Of a DNA stretch of 64,000 bases, positions 9,148 to 18,336 are shown in pieces. Both the position numbers and the translations under genes were made by a program. Position 1 is the stretch's first letter. Every line of letters begins with the position of its first letter. Source of the stretch: Acidisarcina sp. (GTDB lineage: Bacteria; Acidobacteriota; Terriglobia; Terriglobales; Acidobacteriaceae); contig DASWVB010000013.1 in assembly GCA_036401375.1 (NCBI GenBank), forward strand, positions 145,651-209,650. The letters run 5' to 3'. The notes under the pieces were generated by a model. It searched no databases. It was given only the letters and a program-made list of their open reading frames with translations, and had not been told where the DNA came from.

Positions 9148-9912
9148 ATGTCTGGTGAAGCGCGTAAAATAAGCGCCATGTCGAGATGCACAGCGCCTTC
9201 CAGAGGCCACCACACAGCGTCAGGTCGAGCGAATTGCCCCGCCTGCGGCGGCAGTTCCGGGCGTTGGGGTGGCGGATATAACAGCTACTCCTATCCGTCA
9301 TATTCGATTTCTGCCTCCTCATCGGTTAGTGCAAGCCGTTCTTCCGGAGGTAGCGGAGGCGGTGCAGGCGGTAGTGCTCGACCACGGTGGTCACCGGTAG
9401 GATCGTCTGTCTCTTACACGCCTTCCGAAGTCCGTGCGCTCACGCCATTCCGCGAGGCGTTAGAGAAAAGCGGCCCAAAGCCAGACAAGCGCGACATCTT
9501 CCTGTGCCACGCTTGGGACGACCGTGCTACATCGGCAAAAGAGCTTCACGACCTACTCGAATCTCTTGGGGTCAAGGTTTGGTTCAGCGAAAAAGATGTG
9601 CTGCTCGGCACGCCGCTGATGCGTGAGATCGACAAGGGCTTGGCGCAGTCTCGTGTGGGCATTGTGTTGGTCACCCCGGCCTTTTTGACGCGCATAAAGA
9701 ACTCCGGGATCGCAGAAAAAGAGCTGTCGGTGCTTCTGGCTAGGGATCAACTCATTCCGATCATGCACGGCACCACCTTCGAACAGTTATTGGACGTTAG
9801 TCCGATGCTCGCATCCCGCAGCGGCCTGAGTACGAAGGAAGTCGACATGGCAAACGTAGCCACGAAACTCAAGGAACTGATGCCACTGTTTCCCGACACG
9901 CCTCTCAACTAG
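9148..9912 (+). CDS. TIR-domain protein with N-terminal Cys/His zinc-knuckle-like segment and Ser/Gly-rich linker
   Basis: TIR hallmarks 'DIFLCHAWDDR...', 'VKVWFSEKDVLLGTPLMREIDKGLAQSRVGIVLVTPAFL', and 'SGIAEKEL' as the candidate catalytic Glu region. N-terminus 'CTAPSRGHHTASGRANCPAC'. Low-complexity linker 'SYSYPSYSISASSSVSASRSSGGSGGGAGGS'. Lies 41 nt downstream of the RT gene, same strand. Confidence 0.85.
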   Translation: MSGEARKISAMSRCTAPSRGHHTASGRANCPACGGSSGRWGGGYNSYSYPSYSISASSSVSASRSSGGSGGGAGGSARPRWSPVGSSVSYTPSEVRALTPFREALEKSGPKPDKRDIFLCHAWDDRATSAKELHDLLESLGVKVWFSEKDVLLGTPLMREIDKGLAQSRVGIVLVTPAFLTRIKNSGIAEKELSVLLARDQLIPIMHGTTFEQLLDVSPMLASRSGLSTKEVDMANVATKLKELMPLFPDTPLN

Positions 9913-9920
9913 ACCTATTC

Positions 9921-9941
9921 AGACGGTTTGGATGACCGTCT
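9921..9941 (+). terminator. Hairpin immediately after the TIR gene stop (weak intrinsic-terminator candidate)
   Basis: AGACGGT-ttggatg-ACCGTCT, a 7-bp perfect stem starting 9 nt after the TAG. No clear U-tract. Confidence 0.3.
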
Positions 9942-10471
9942 CCTCCAATCTTTCACCGCCATCTCCAACCGACCTTTAGTCCACAAGTAGTTAGGCCTAA
10001 CAACGCGGGCGGCGAGCCGTAGCGTGTGATCGGTCCGCTTCTCGACACGAACTTCGTCCTCAACGAGCGATACCAAGCCAATGAACTCCTTGAAGGCGTC
10101 GCGAACGATTAGTCCTCGTAAACGCGATTACCTTCATTTGGGATATGGGAGCGGGAGGCGCGCTCTCGGAGCCTGCGGCAGAGGAGGCGTCTCCTATGTC
10201 CAAAAGAATCAAGAAACCTATCCCTCGGAAGATCATCCTGCGGTACCCGAAAGCGATGCAGTGAGGGACCTCTGCCATACCGAAGGATGAATTCTTACGC
10301 GAATCCGATGGGCAGACCCGTTGATCAGCTACACTGCGAAGACGCTGTTTCAAACTCGCAAGTGACTTAATAGCGGCTCAAAATGGGAAAGAGGAACGGT
10401 GTGACTTCAAGAGAATCGGAGTTGCGATGGTCGGGGCATTTCGCGCCAGACCTTCGTAACGAGGCGAGGGG

Positions 10472-10972
10472 GTGACAATGACTACGGACTCAATCTCGAC
10501 CAAAACAGTTACCAGCCAGCCCGAAGCGGCAATAGGGTTGGCGATGGTGCGTTTGACGATCGGCGCATTGTTCGTTTGGGCGTTTTTTGAAAATCTGGGG
10601 AAGGGCCTCTACACCCCGGCTGGTTATGCGAGCCTGATAAACCACTACATTCAGGCCGGTCATTCTCCTGCTGCGTGGAAGGCGGTGATGGCGCTGGCGG
10701 CGAGCCACTCCGCGATGGCTGCTCCGATGCAGGGCTTGACGGAGATTTCTCTCGGCATTCTGCTGGTCATCGGTCTGCTCACACGCCCTGTCGCCTTCGT
10801 GGCGTTCCTGTTTCTCACAAGCCTTTGGGTATCGGAGTGGGGAACCGCGTGGATCTGGGAGCTGCTTGTTCCGGTGCTCGCATCGCTCGCGCTCAGTGTG
10901 GGACGTGCCGGGCGGCGATGGGGCATTGACGCGTGGTTGTCGCAACGGTGGCCATCTTCTCCCTGGTTCTGA
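10472..10972 (+). CDS. DoxX-family integral membrane protein
   Basis: Four predicted TM helices. 'LAMVRLTIGALFVWAFFENLGKG' resembles DoxX/DoxD. Its stop lies 4 nt before the GT2 start. Confidence 0.65.
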   Translation: MTMTTDSISTKTVTSQPEAAIGLAMVRLTIGALFVWAFFENLGKGLYTPAGYASLINHYIQAGHSPAAWKAVMALAASHSAMAAPMQGLTEISLGILLVIGLLTRPVAFVAFLFLTSLWVSEWGTAWIWELLVPVLASLALSVGRAGRRWGIDAWLSQRWPSSPWF

Positions 10973-10976
10973 TCGG

Positions 10977-11678
10977 GTGAGAGTGTCGGTCATCATCCCC
11001 ACCCACAATGAAGCAGGAGCGATAGAGCGCGTATTGGCGGACCTTCCCGCCGATCTCACGGCGGAGGTCATCGTCGTCGACAGCAACTCCGGTGATGGGA
11101 CGCCCGAGATCGCCGCGAGAATGGGGGCTCGGGTCCTTCGAGAGCCGCGGCGTGGATATGGGCGGGCCTGCCTGACCGGTCTGGCTGCTGCAGATTCTCC
11201 TGACGTGGTCGTCTTCCTTGACGGCGACTACAGCGATCGGCCTTCTGAGTTGTCGATTCTGTTAGCGCCAATCCTGGAAGGGCGTGCAGACATCACGCTT
11301 GGGTCCCGCGTGCAGCGTTCGGCCGGCGCGTTGCCCTGGCATCAGATGTTCGGTAATCGTGTCGCAGTCAGCCTGATCGGGCCTTTATATGGACTCAAAA
11401 TCACTGATCTAGGCCCGTTTCGAGCTGCCCGTGCAGAGGTAATACGCGCGCTCGCCCTCGAAGAGACGACCTATGGCTGGGCGGTTGAGATGGTGCTCAA
11501 AGGTGCGCTTGCCGGATACCGCGTGATCGAAGTTCCGGTGAGCTATCATCCGCGCATCGGAACATCGAAAATCAGCGGTACGCTGAAGGGCACGATCGGG
11601 GCCGGCTGGTTCATTCTCAGTTTAGTAGTGCGCTACTATTTCCGAGACCTGAAGGCAGGAAGACCACGGCGCGCGTAG
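10977..11678 (+). CDS. Family 2 glycosyltransferase (polyprenyl-phosphate sugar synthase-like)
   Basis: 'VSVIIPTHNEAGAIERVL', 'VIVVDSNSGDGT', 'FLDGDYSD' (DxD). GTG start re-picked at Val38 of the track ORF, just after the DoxX stop. Confidence 0.85.
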   Translation: MRVSVIIPTHNEAGAIERVLADLPADLTAEVIVVDSNSGDGTPEIAARMGARVLREPRRGYGRACLTGLAAADSPDVVVFLDGDYSDRPSELSILLAPILEGRADITLGSRVQRSAGALPWHQMFGNRVAVSLIGPLYGLKITDLGPFRAARAEVIRALALEETTYGWAVEMVLKGALAGYRVIEVPVSYHPRIGTSKISGTLKGTIGAGWFILSLVVRYYFRDLKAGRPRRA

Positions 11679-11717
11679 GCCGGCGTCGAATTCCATGAGA
11701 TTTCGTGCGAGGCGATT

Positions 11718-12425
11718 GTGAGTCTGCCGGGTAGTGACCGTGTGCTGGTAATCATGGCGAAAGCACCGCGGCCGGGTACGGTGAAGACCCGCTTGACTGC
11801 GGGCCTTCCCGTCGATGCGGTCACCGGGCTTTATCGCTGTCTCTTGCGCGACACGCTGGCGCTGGCCGGGTCATTGGGCGACGTGGAGGTTGCCATCATG
11901 TGCCCGCGCGCGGACGTGGACGAACTGACGCAGTTTGCCGGTGAGGAAGCAAGCGTACTGGCGCAGACAGGAGAAGGTCTTGCTGCAGGCCTTGCATCAG
12001 TGTTTGCGCACTTCGCACGAGATCAGCAACGACCCACCATTGCCTTCAACAGCGACAGCCCTCATCTGCCGCGTTCCGTTCTCGAGCACGCCTTTGAAAA
12101 GCTGGTGGCGCATGATGTGGTGGTGGGGCCAACGGAAGACGGAGGTTACTATCTCGTCGGTGCAAAGGCATCACATCCGACTCTTTTTGAACGCGACGGA
12201 ATGGGTACCAGCAGTGCGCTCGAGACACTCCTGTCCCGCGCGAAAGTCCTTGAGCTCGATGTAGTTTTCGCAGACCCTTTTTACGACATCGATGTAGCTG
12301 CCGACCTGACACGTCTTACAGAGGAGTTGCGTCTGGCTCCGACGAGAGCGCCCCGGACGGCGCGGTGGCTTGCAGAGTGGGAGCTTGCGGCGGCCCAATC
12401 ACGAACGGGCACGGGAGAGTTGTGA
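11718..12425 (+). CDS. DUF2064 / TIGR04282-like nucleotidyl- or glycosyl-transferase-like protein
   Basis: 'VLVIMAKAPRPGTVKTRLTAGL...LYRCLLRDTL' and 'GPTEDGGYYLVG' are typical of DUF2064. Confidence 0.8.
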   Translation: MSLPGSDRVLVIMAKAPRPGTVKTRLTAGLPVDAVTGLYRCLLRDTLALAGSLGDVEVAIMCPRADVDELTQFAGEEASVLAQTGEGLAAGLASVFAHFARDQQRPTIAFNSDSPHLPRSVLEHAFEKLVAHDVVVGPTEDGGYYLVGAKASHPTLFERDGMGTSSALETLLSRAKVLELDVVFADPFYDIDVAADLTRLTEELRLAPTRAPRTARWLAEWELAAAQSRTGTGEL

Positions 12426-13723
12426 AGTTCACCCCCGCGTGGAGAGTGTGCATACTCGGCGCCATCTTGTGCCTGGCCCTGAGTGTCTGCTCACGCAACT
12501 TCGGCGACAGGGGTGGACCGTACTTCATGGCGTCCTTGACGGTGGCGGGCATCGCGTACCTCCTGGCAGTCCGTGAGTTTTTCGCGACGCCAGGAATCTC
12601 CCGACGCGGGATCGTCATTGCGCTTATCCTGGCTGCCGGGTGGCGCATCGAATTCCTACGGCTGTCCCCACAGGCGGACGAGGATATTTATCGATACGTC
12701 TGGGATGGACACCTTCAGAGGCTCGGCTATAACCCATATATAGTCGTCCCGAGCGATCCTGCCGCCAACGGGCTGCATACCCCGGAAACTCGCAATTTGA
12801 ACAACCCCGATCTACCCAGCCCCTATCCGGCCGGGGCGCAGCTATTCTTCCGCGCGGTAACATCCATCCACGAATCTACATTTGCGATGAAAGTCGCGTT
12901 TGTAATTTGCGATTTTGCAATTGTCCTCGTCCTGCTCGATGTCCTGCACTATAGTGGGCGGGCGGCGCACCTGGTTCTGGTGTACGCCTGGAACCCATTG
13001 CTGGCTGTTGAGGTGGCGGGAAGCGGTCACATCGATATCGTTGGCGCGCTATTGTTGCTGGTGTCGGTTGCTGCGCTGGGGCGCCGATGGCGGGCGACGG
13101 CGGCGGTGGCACTTGGTCTGGCTATAGCAGTGAAATTTCTGCCGATCGTGCTCCTGCCCCTTTACTGGAAGCGCGTCCGCATTCGCGACGCGGCGCTGGC
13201 GGCAGCGGTGTTCGGACTCCTGTATCTGCCATTTCTCAACCACGGCCACGTTCCGATCGGCTCGCTTGGTGCGTATGTGCAGAGTTGGCGCTTCAATGGT
13301 CCGGTGTTCGCCGTATTCGATCGATTGGCGTCTCCAAAGGTGCTGGCGGCGCTGGCACTGTTCGCCGGGTTTGGAACTGCGACCTGGCTAAGAAGAGCAG
13401 GGCCCGAGTGGTTTCCGGAGCTACTTGTATGGCCAATGGCCGCTGCTCTTGTGTGCGCTCCGGTGGTCTACCCGTGGTATCTGCTATGGCTGCTGCCATT
13501 TCTGACGTCAGCCTCGACGTGGCTGATCGTTCTTTGGACTGTGAGCATCTTCCCGACCTACATTGTCTGGCACCTGCGGACGCTCGGACGTCCATGGGGG
13601 CCGCTTCCTAAGTGGGCGATGGTGCTCGAATACGGATGCCTGGCTATTGCTGCTGCAATTTTCTGGTTGCGCCGTGGGAGGAGGCCCGAGCACGCTGGCG
13701 CTGCATCAGGCGGGAGAGTATAG
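12422..13723 (+). CDS. Polytopic GT-C-type membrane glycosyltransferase (DUF2029/GT87-like)
   Basis: More than 9 TM segments. 'DIYRYVWDGHLQRLGYNPY' loop motif. GTG start overlaps the upstream stop (GTGA). Confidence 0.7.
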   Translation: MKFTPAWRVCILGAILCLALSVCSRNFGDRGGPYFMASLTVAGIAYLLAVREFFATPGISRRGIVIALILAAGWRIEFLRLSPQADEDIYRYVWDGHLQRLGYNPYIVVPSDPAANGLHTPETRNLNNPDLPSPYPAGAQLFFRAVTSIHESTFAMKVAFVICDFAIVLVLLDVLHYSGRAAHLVLVYAWNPLLAVEVAGSGHIDIVGALLLLVSVAALGRRWRATAAVALGLAIAVKFLPIVLLPLYWKRVRIRDAALAAAVFGLLYLPFLNHGHVPIGSLGAYVQSWRFNGPVFAVFDRLASPKVLAALALFAGFGTATWLRRAGPEWFPELLVWPMAAALVCAPVVYPWYLLWLLPFLTSASTWLIVLWTVSIFPTYIVWHLRTLGRPWGPLPKWAMVLEYGCLAIAAAIFWLRRGRRPEHAGAASGGRV

Positions 13724-13777
13724 TTTGGTTTCCGCCATACTTGACAACGTCCGTTCAACCGTAAGAGGGGGACTTCA

Positions 13778-14524
13778 ATGACGAAATCGAGCTCTCGTTT
13801 TATAACTCCTGTTCTCGTTCTCTCCGCACTCGCCTCTGCGCTGGTGGTTGCACCCAACTCCATGGCGCAGAAACGCCCACCAATTCTCGAACAGATTGCC
13901 AAGACTTATGGCATTGATTCCTTCAAACAGATTGAAGCAATCCGTTATACGTGGAACGGGCAGTTTCCCGGGGTGAACATCGCCCACGCCTGGGTTTGGG
14001 AGCCCAAGACCGGAAAAGTTTCCTATGAAGGAAAGGACAAGGACGGCAAGCCGGTAACAGCTACCTTTGTTGAGTCGCAGCTCAGCAGCGCACCCGCAAA
14101 CGTCAGGGATGAAGTTGCGCCATCTTTCGTCAACGATAACTACTGGCTTATTTTTCCCCTACATGCCTACTGGGACGGCAGCGCTACCGTGACTGATCAA
14201 GGTATGCAGAAACTGCCGATCGGCAACGGTTCGGCCACCCTGGTCTCAGTTAAGTATCCCGTTGAGGCGGGCGGCTCCACCCCTGGAGACACCTGGGACC
14301 TGTATGTCGGCGCCGACAAGCGGGTGCAGCAGTTCGTCTACCACCGGCGCGGAACGAGGAAGCCCAGTACCGTCATTGCGACCTGGGCGGGCAATAAGAA
14401 AGCTGGCCCTCTTCTCATCTCAACGGAGCACCGCGGAACCGCCGATGGAGGCCCGCTGCACATTTTTATTTCTGATGTGGCAGTTAAGCTGACAGGCTCC
14501 GATAGGTGGATAAAAGCGCAATAA
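13778..14524 (+). CDS. Secreted hypothetical protein
   Basis: Signal peptide 'MTKSSSRFITPVLVLSALASALVVAPNSMAQ'. No recognised family. Confidence 0.65.
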   Translation: MTKSSSRFITPVLVLSALASALVVAPNSMAQKRPPILEQIAKTYGIDSFKQIEAIRYTWNGQFPGVNIAHAWVWEPKTGKVSYEGKDKDGKPVTATFVESQLSSAPANVRDEVAPSFVNDNYWLIFPLHAYWDGSATVTDQGMQKLPIGNGSATLVSVKYPVEAGGSTPGDTWDLYVGADKRVQQFVYHRRGTRKPSTVIATWAGNKKAGPLLISTEHRGTADGGPLHIFISDVAVKLTGSDRWIKAQ

Positions 14525-14818
14525 ATGGAGCCGGACAGAGTTCTCTCCAAGTGCGCTCAGAACTAAAATTCACACGCGATATGCAGGAATCTGCCACGGT
14601 GCAATACTCTGCGCATCAGGGCGTCGAGAATGGCGAAATGAACGCGCTCGTTTTGGGGTCGAGGATTGTGGGGCCTGCGCTCGCATTCGATATTGTAGAG
14701 CGGTTCCTGGCGGCAACATTCAATGTGTTCGCGCCCCGGTTCGTCCGTCGCCTGAACAAGGTCAAAGCGATTGAGCAGCGCTTCATGACGACTGCCAGAT
14801 AGGCGCTCTGGAGATGTC

Positions 14819-17800
14819 TCAGACGCCCAACCGGGCGTACTCCGCCTTGGCTTGCATCAGGACTGGGACGTCAGGGTCTGCGTCTTTCCAGATGGTTAGA
14901 AAAGCTTGATAGGACTTGCGCGCCGCGACCTTGTCGCCCATGAGAACGTCGGAGCGACCAAGCTGCAGGTAGGCCAGAGCTCCGATGACATTGATCTTGA
15001 CGATGGCCGGTCGGTCGATCAACTTTTGAAACTCCGCCGCCGCCTCTCTGCCACTGCCTAATTGCAGGTATGCAAGACCGCGGATATAGGCTGGATATAG
15101 ATTATCGAATGACTGTGTGTAAGCTAGCTCGTACTTTTCCAATGGTCGCAAAATCTCAATCGCCCTTTCCGGATTGTTGTTGTTCAATTGGATGGCTGCC
15201 CGTATCGTAGGCAGAATGAACCGTTGCGAGAGTGTATCCTGCGGGGATTCGCGGTCTAGTGCAGTTGCTAGACCGGCAGCCCGCTCACCGTCGCCCAAAA
15301 AAGCAAGCAGGAGGGCCAGAAACTGGCGACTTCCGCGATCCTGAGGCATTAGGCTAAATTGCTTAGCGCGTCTTGCTGCATCCGCTTTCTGCCCAACCTC
15401 AGCTTCGTCTAGAGCGATCTCAAGATTGCTTGGATCAGCCTGATCGAGAGCGTTGTTCTTCTTTGGAGCACGCACAGCTTGCTGAAGCAATTGGCGAGCT
15501 TGGGTGAAGCGTCCACCGTAAGCCTCTAATCTACCCTTCATCCTAAAAGAAGGATCTGAGATATTGTCACCTCGCGCCTGAAGAAATTGCTCCTCCATGG
15601 CGCGCTTGTTATGCTGCAAAAAAGCCACCAAAAAAAGGCCTCCGCGCAAACTTGGGCTATCTTCTTTGCGAGCTTTAGCCTGAGCGTAGACAAGCTTGGC
15701 TTCCTCTAAATGGCCCGCAGAGACGGTCGCAGTCATCAATTCGTAATAGCTTCCGGGGCCAAGCAACGGCATCAGACGCAGAGCTTCCCGTTCTTCCGCA
15801 GCCGATTCGTCATAGCGGCCTAGTTGTAATAGGCAAGCCGCAAAATTTATGTGTGCTACTCCGTCCAGCGGAAAGGTTCGCACCCATTCCTGGTAGATGG
15901 GATACGAGCTATCCAGATCCCCCAACCCAACATTTAAATAGAGAGTCTCCGCGAGGAATTTAAGCTGGCCGGTCAGTCTGTCGCGCAATTCGTATGCTTT
16001 CTTCTCAGCTGCCAGGGCCCGCTCGGCTCTGCCCACATCCCTGTAAATGATCCCGAGCGACGCATAGGCCAAAGCAAAGTTCGGATCCAGATCGACGGCG
16101 CGCTCGTAGTAAGACGCCGTGGTGGCGTGATCCCCCGACAAATGGATCTTGAATCCGCTGTGGAGAGACTGTATGGCTTCGAGAGAGGATGACGTTGCCA
16201 GTTCCAACGGCGTGTTGAATCTGTTCACAGACTCGGCCGGCTCGCCCATGCGGCCCCGGAGTTCGGCGCCGGCTAAGCCCAGCGCATGCACGATGTCCGT
16301 GCGCAGAGGCGCAACCTGCTTTGCCCTGGCGAAGATCTTGCCGCTCCGGCAATTGACGCCGGTCAGGGTAATTTGAAAGTGGTTGCCTACATCCGCAATG
16401 GAGCTGTCGATCACCGCCTTGCTGTTGGTTTGGAGGCAAACCTCGCGCGCAATCTCCGGGGTGATTTTGCCGTCCACCGGATGTTTGTGGTCCTTCATCG
16501 TTTCCCGCACTTTATCTTGCGCGAGCACCTGGAGGAAGGGTGTCTGCGACAGTTCAACCGGAATCGCAAGATTGAGAGCATCGTCCAGAACGGTGTCGCT
16601 GGTCTGGTTGGTTAAGTCGGCAATCACAATCGTGTCGGTAGCGGTCAGTTGGTAACGGGTGAGATAGCGGTAGAGAGCGTCCGCTCCACCGGCAAAAACA
16701 AGGAGAAGGACAGCCAAGCCTAGCCATTTGCGGATGCGGTGCATCCGTAGTTTGCGCTGGCCTCGGACCAGTTCGATGTCGGCGCGCATCTCGGCCGCTG
16801 ACTGGTAGCGTTGTGCGCGATCCTTGCTCATCGCTTTCGCAATAACGGCTTCCAAAGCGCCTGGTACAGTGGGATTCAAGTCGTGGACCGGAATGGGCGT
16901 CCGATGCAGGGTTGCTTCATGAATGCCAGTAGCGTTGTTGCCCGTGAACGCCCGCGCGCCCGTTGCCATCTCATACAGAACAAGGCCGAAGGAAAACAGG
17001 TCGGTGCGGGCGTCCAGTTTTTCTGTCCGAATCTGCTCAGGAGACATATAGCTGGCCGTACCCATGGCCAAGCCGGTGCGGGTCAGATTTGTGTCGTCGA
17101 TTGGAAGCATCGGAGCGCCAGCCGATCCATTGACATACCCCGCCCGCGCCTCTGCTTCCATCTCTGTCTGCTCTTCGGACTCGACTAACTTGGCCAGTCC
17201 GAAGTCCAGAATCTTTGCGGGACCGGCATTGGTGAGAAAAATGTTGGCGGGCTTGATGTCGCGGTGAACGATGCCTCTTTCATGAGCGGCCTGCAGACCG
17301 TCGCAGATTTGAATCGCAATTTCGAGGAACTGGTCCAGGGGCATCCGCGTCGGATGATCAGCGGCCAAACGATCCCGAAGTGTCAAGCCGTTGAGCAACT
17401 CCATCACGATGAGGGGCTGCCCCCCGAACTCTTCGATTGTGAAGATGGTGCAGATGTTGGGATGGTTCAGAGACGAGGCCGTTTTCGCTTCCCGCTCAAA
17501 TCGTTTGAGGGCGGCCGGGTCGCTGGCCAGCTCTTCCGGCAGGAATTTGAGCGCCACCGGGCGGCTCAGCTTCAGGTCCTCAGCCCGATATACGACTCCC
17601 ATGCCGCCGCCACCGATCATCTCGATTACACGGAAGTGCGATACTTTTTTTCCGATGAGTCCGGAACTGGCGGGCAGGACTTCCGATTGCTCAGGGAAAG
17701 GGCTTACCTTTGCTTCAAATTGTGGAGGATCATCAATTGGCTCAATCCACTCCGCTGGAACGACTAGCCGGTAGCCTCGTCGGGCGACGGTCTCGATGTA

Positions 17801-18181
17801 ACTGGGCTGGGCTGCCGAGTCGCCGAACGCTCTGCGCAAAGTGCCGATCGCTACATTGATATTGTGGTCAAAATCGACGACAGTGTCGTTGGGCCACAGT
17901 CTCCTCCTGATTTCCTCACGCGACGCCAGGCCGCCGCCACACTCGACCAGGAAAACGAGCACCCGGAATGGCTGCTCCTGAAGCAGAACCCGCCGGCCAA
18001 CAGAATCACCCTCACACGCGCACAGTTCTCCGGTTTTCAAATCGAGCTCGAACGACCCGAGCCGCACACGGGTTGAATCCTCTGTTTTCACTGATTCGGA
18101 ACCATTGCAAAGGCGGGGTGCGGAAGCTTGGTCGAAAGGAATGGGCTCAGACACGTCGATTCTAAGGGATTTCCATATCAA
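14819..18181 (-). CDS. Multidomain Ser/Thr protein kinase: N-terminal OmpR/CadC-type winged-helix domain, Hanks kinase, TM segment, C-terminal TPR array
   Basis: wHTH 'RLWPNDTVVDFDHNINVAIGTLRRAF...RRGYRL'. Kinase motifs 'GGGGMGVVY', 'VALK', 'HRDIKPANI', 'DFG', 'SPE'. Long TPR-like repeats. Confidence 0.9.
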   Translation of the reverse strand: MIWKSLRIDVSEPIPFDQASAPRLCNGSESVKTEDSTRVRLGSFELDLKTGELCACEGDSVGRRVLLQEQPFRVLVFLVECGGGLASREEIRRRLWPNDTVVDFDHNINVAIGTLRRAFGDSAAQPSYIETVARRGYRLVVPAEWIEPIDDPPQFEAKVSPFPEQSEVLPASSGLIGKKVSHFRVIEMIGGGGMGVVYRAEDLKLSRPVALKFLPEELASDPAALKRFEREAKTASSLNHPNICTIFTIEEFGGQPLIVMELLNGLTLRDRLAADHPTRMPLDQFLEIAIQICDGLQAAHERGIVHRDIKPANIFLTNAGPAKILDFGLAKLVESEEQTEMEAEARAGYVNGSAGAPMLPIDDTNLTRTGLAMGTASYMSPEQIRTEKLDARTDLFSFGLVLYEMATGARAFTGNNATGIHEATLHRTPIPVHDLNPTVPGALEAVIAKAMSKDRAQRYQSAAEMRADIELVRGQRKLRMHRIRKWLGLAVLLLVFAGGADALYRYLTRYQLTATDTIVIADLTNQTSDTVLDDALNLAIPVELSQTPFLQVLAQDKVRETMKDHKHPVDGKITPEIAREVCLQTNSKAVIDSSIADVGNHFQITLTGVNCRSGKIFARAKQVAPLRTDIVHALGLAGAELRGRMGEPAESVNRFNTPLELATSSSLEAIQSLHSGFKIHLSGDHATTASYYERAVDLDPNFALAYASLGIIYRDVGRAERALAAEKKAYELRDRLTGQLKFLAETLYLNVGLGDLDSSYPIYQEWVRTFPLDGVAHINFAACLLQLGRYDESAAEEREALRLMPLLGPGSYYELMTATVSAGHLEEAKLVYAQAKARKEDSPSLRGGLFLVAFLQHNKRAMEEQFLQARGDNISDPSFRMKGRLEAYGGRFTQARQLLQQAVRAPKKNNALDQADPSNLEIALDEAEVGQKADAARRAKQFSLMPQDRGSRQFLALLLAFLGDGERAAGLATALDRESPQDTLSQRFILPTIRAAIQLNNNNPERAIEILRPLEKYELAYTQSFDNLYPAYIRGLAYLQLGSGREAAAEFQKLIDRPAIVKINVIGALAYLQLGRSDVLMGDKVAARKSYQAFLTIWKDADPDVPVLMQAKAEYARLGV

Positions 18182-18336
18182 TACACCGCAATTTCTCCTG
18201 GAAAATAGGCAAAACCGCGATTGACCGACAATTGACCGCCAGTGTCTTTACTCCGGACCCATGTCGGGTCACCTTGGAACGGCTGCTGCTGCTTTCCTGT
18301 GGCAGACACCGAATTCATCCAGAGGCGGTTTCCAAG

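Noticed and set aside
7553-9912. Retron (RT + msr/msd + TIR effector) or group II intron interpretation of the RT
   Set aside because: The RT has YIDD rather than the retron YADD...VTG context and lacks the retron 'NAxxH' region. There is no intron maturase/X or endonuclease domain, and I saw no domain V/VI-like ribozyme sequences or a1/a2 inverted repeats flanking it. The C-terminal helical-repeat domain fits UG/Abi RTs better.
9915-10353. Coding potential of minus-strand ORFs right of the TIR gene (track ORF 10060..10353 and a start-less frame ~9915-10127) as a third system component
   Set aside because: The 97-aa track ORF has an implausible composition. The more protein-like frame has no start codon and is interrupted by a stop at ~10128. 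It is treated as a gene remnant, not a functional partner.
10977-12425. Link between the GT2/DUF2064 pair and the 'rSAM/selenodomain-associated' (arsenosugar ArsS) transferase families, tying them to the selD operon
   Set aside because: DUF2064 does belong to the TIGR04282-like superfamily. However, the radical SAM near selD has a SPASM-type C-terminus, not the ArsS/DUF3641 architecture. The GT2/DUF2064/GT-C trio also occurs in organisms without selenium metabolism. The two loci are separated by the RT-TIR islet and lie on opposite strands. No support from sequence alone.
14506-14802. 98-aa ORF between the secreted protein gene and the kinase gene
   Set aside because: It has no SD or family match, and it overlaps the 3' end of the upstream gene. 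A shorter version from Met26 (14581) is possible but unsupported.
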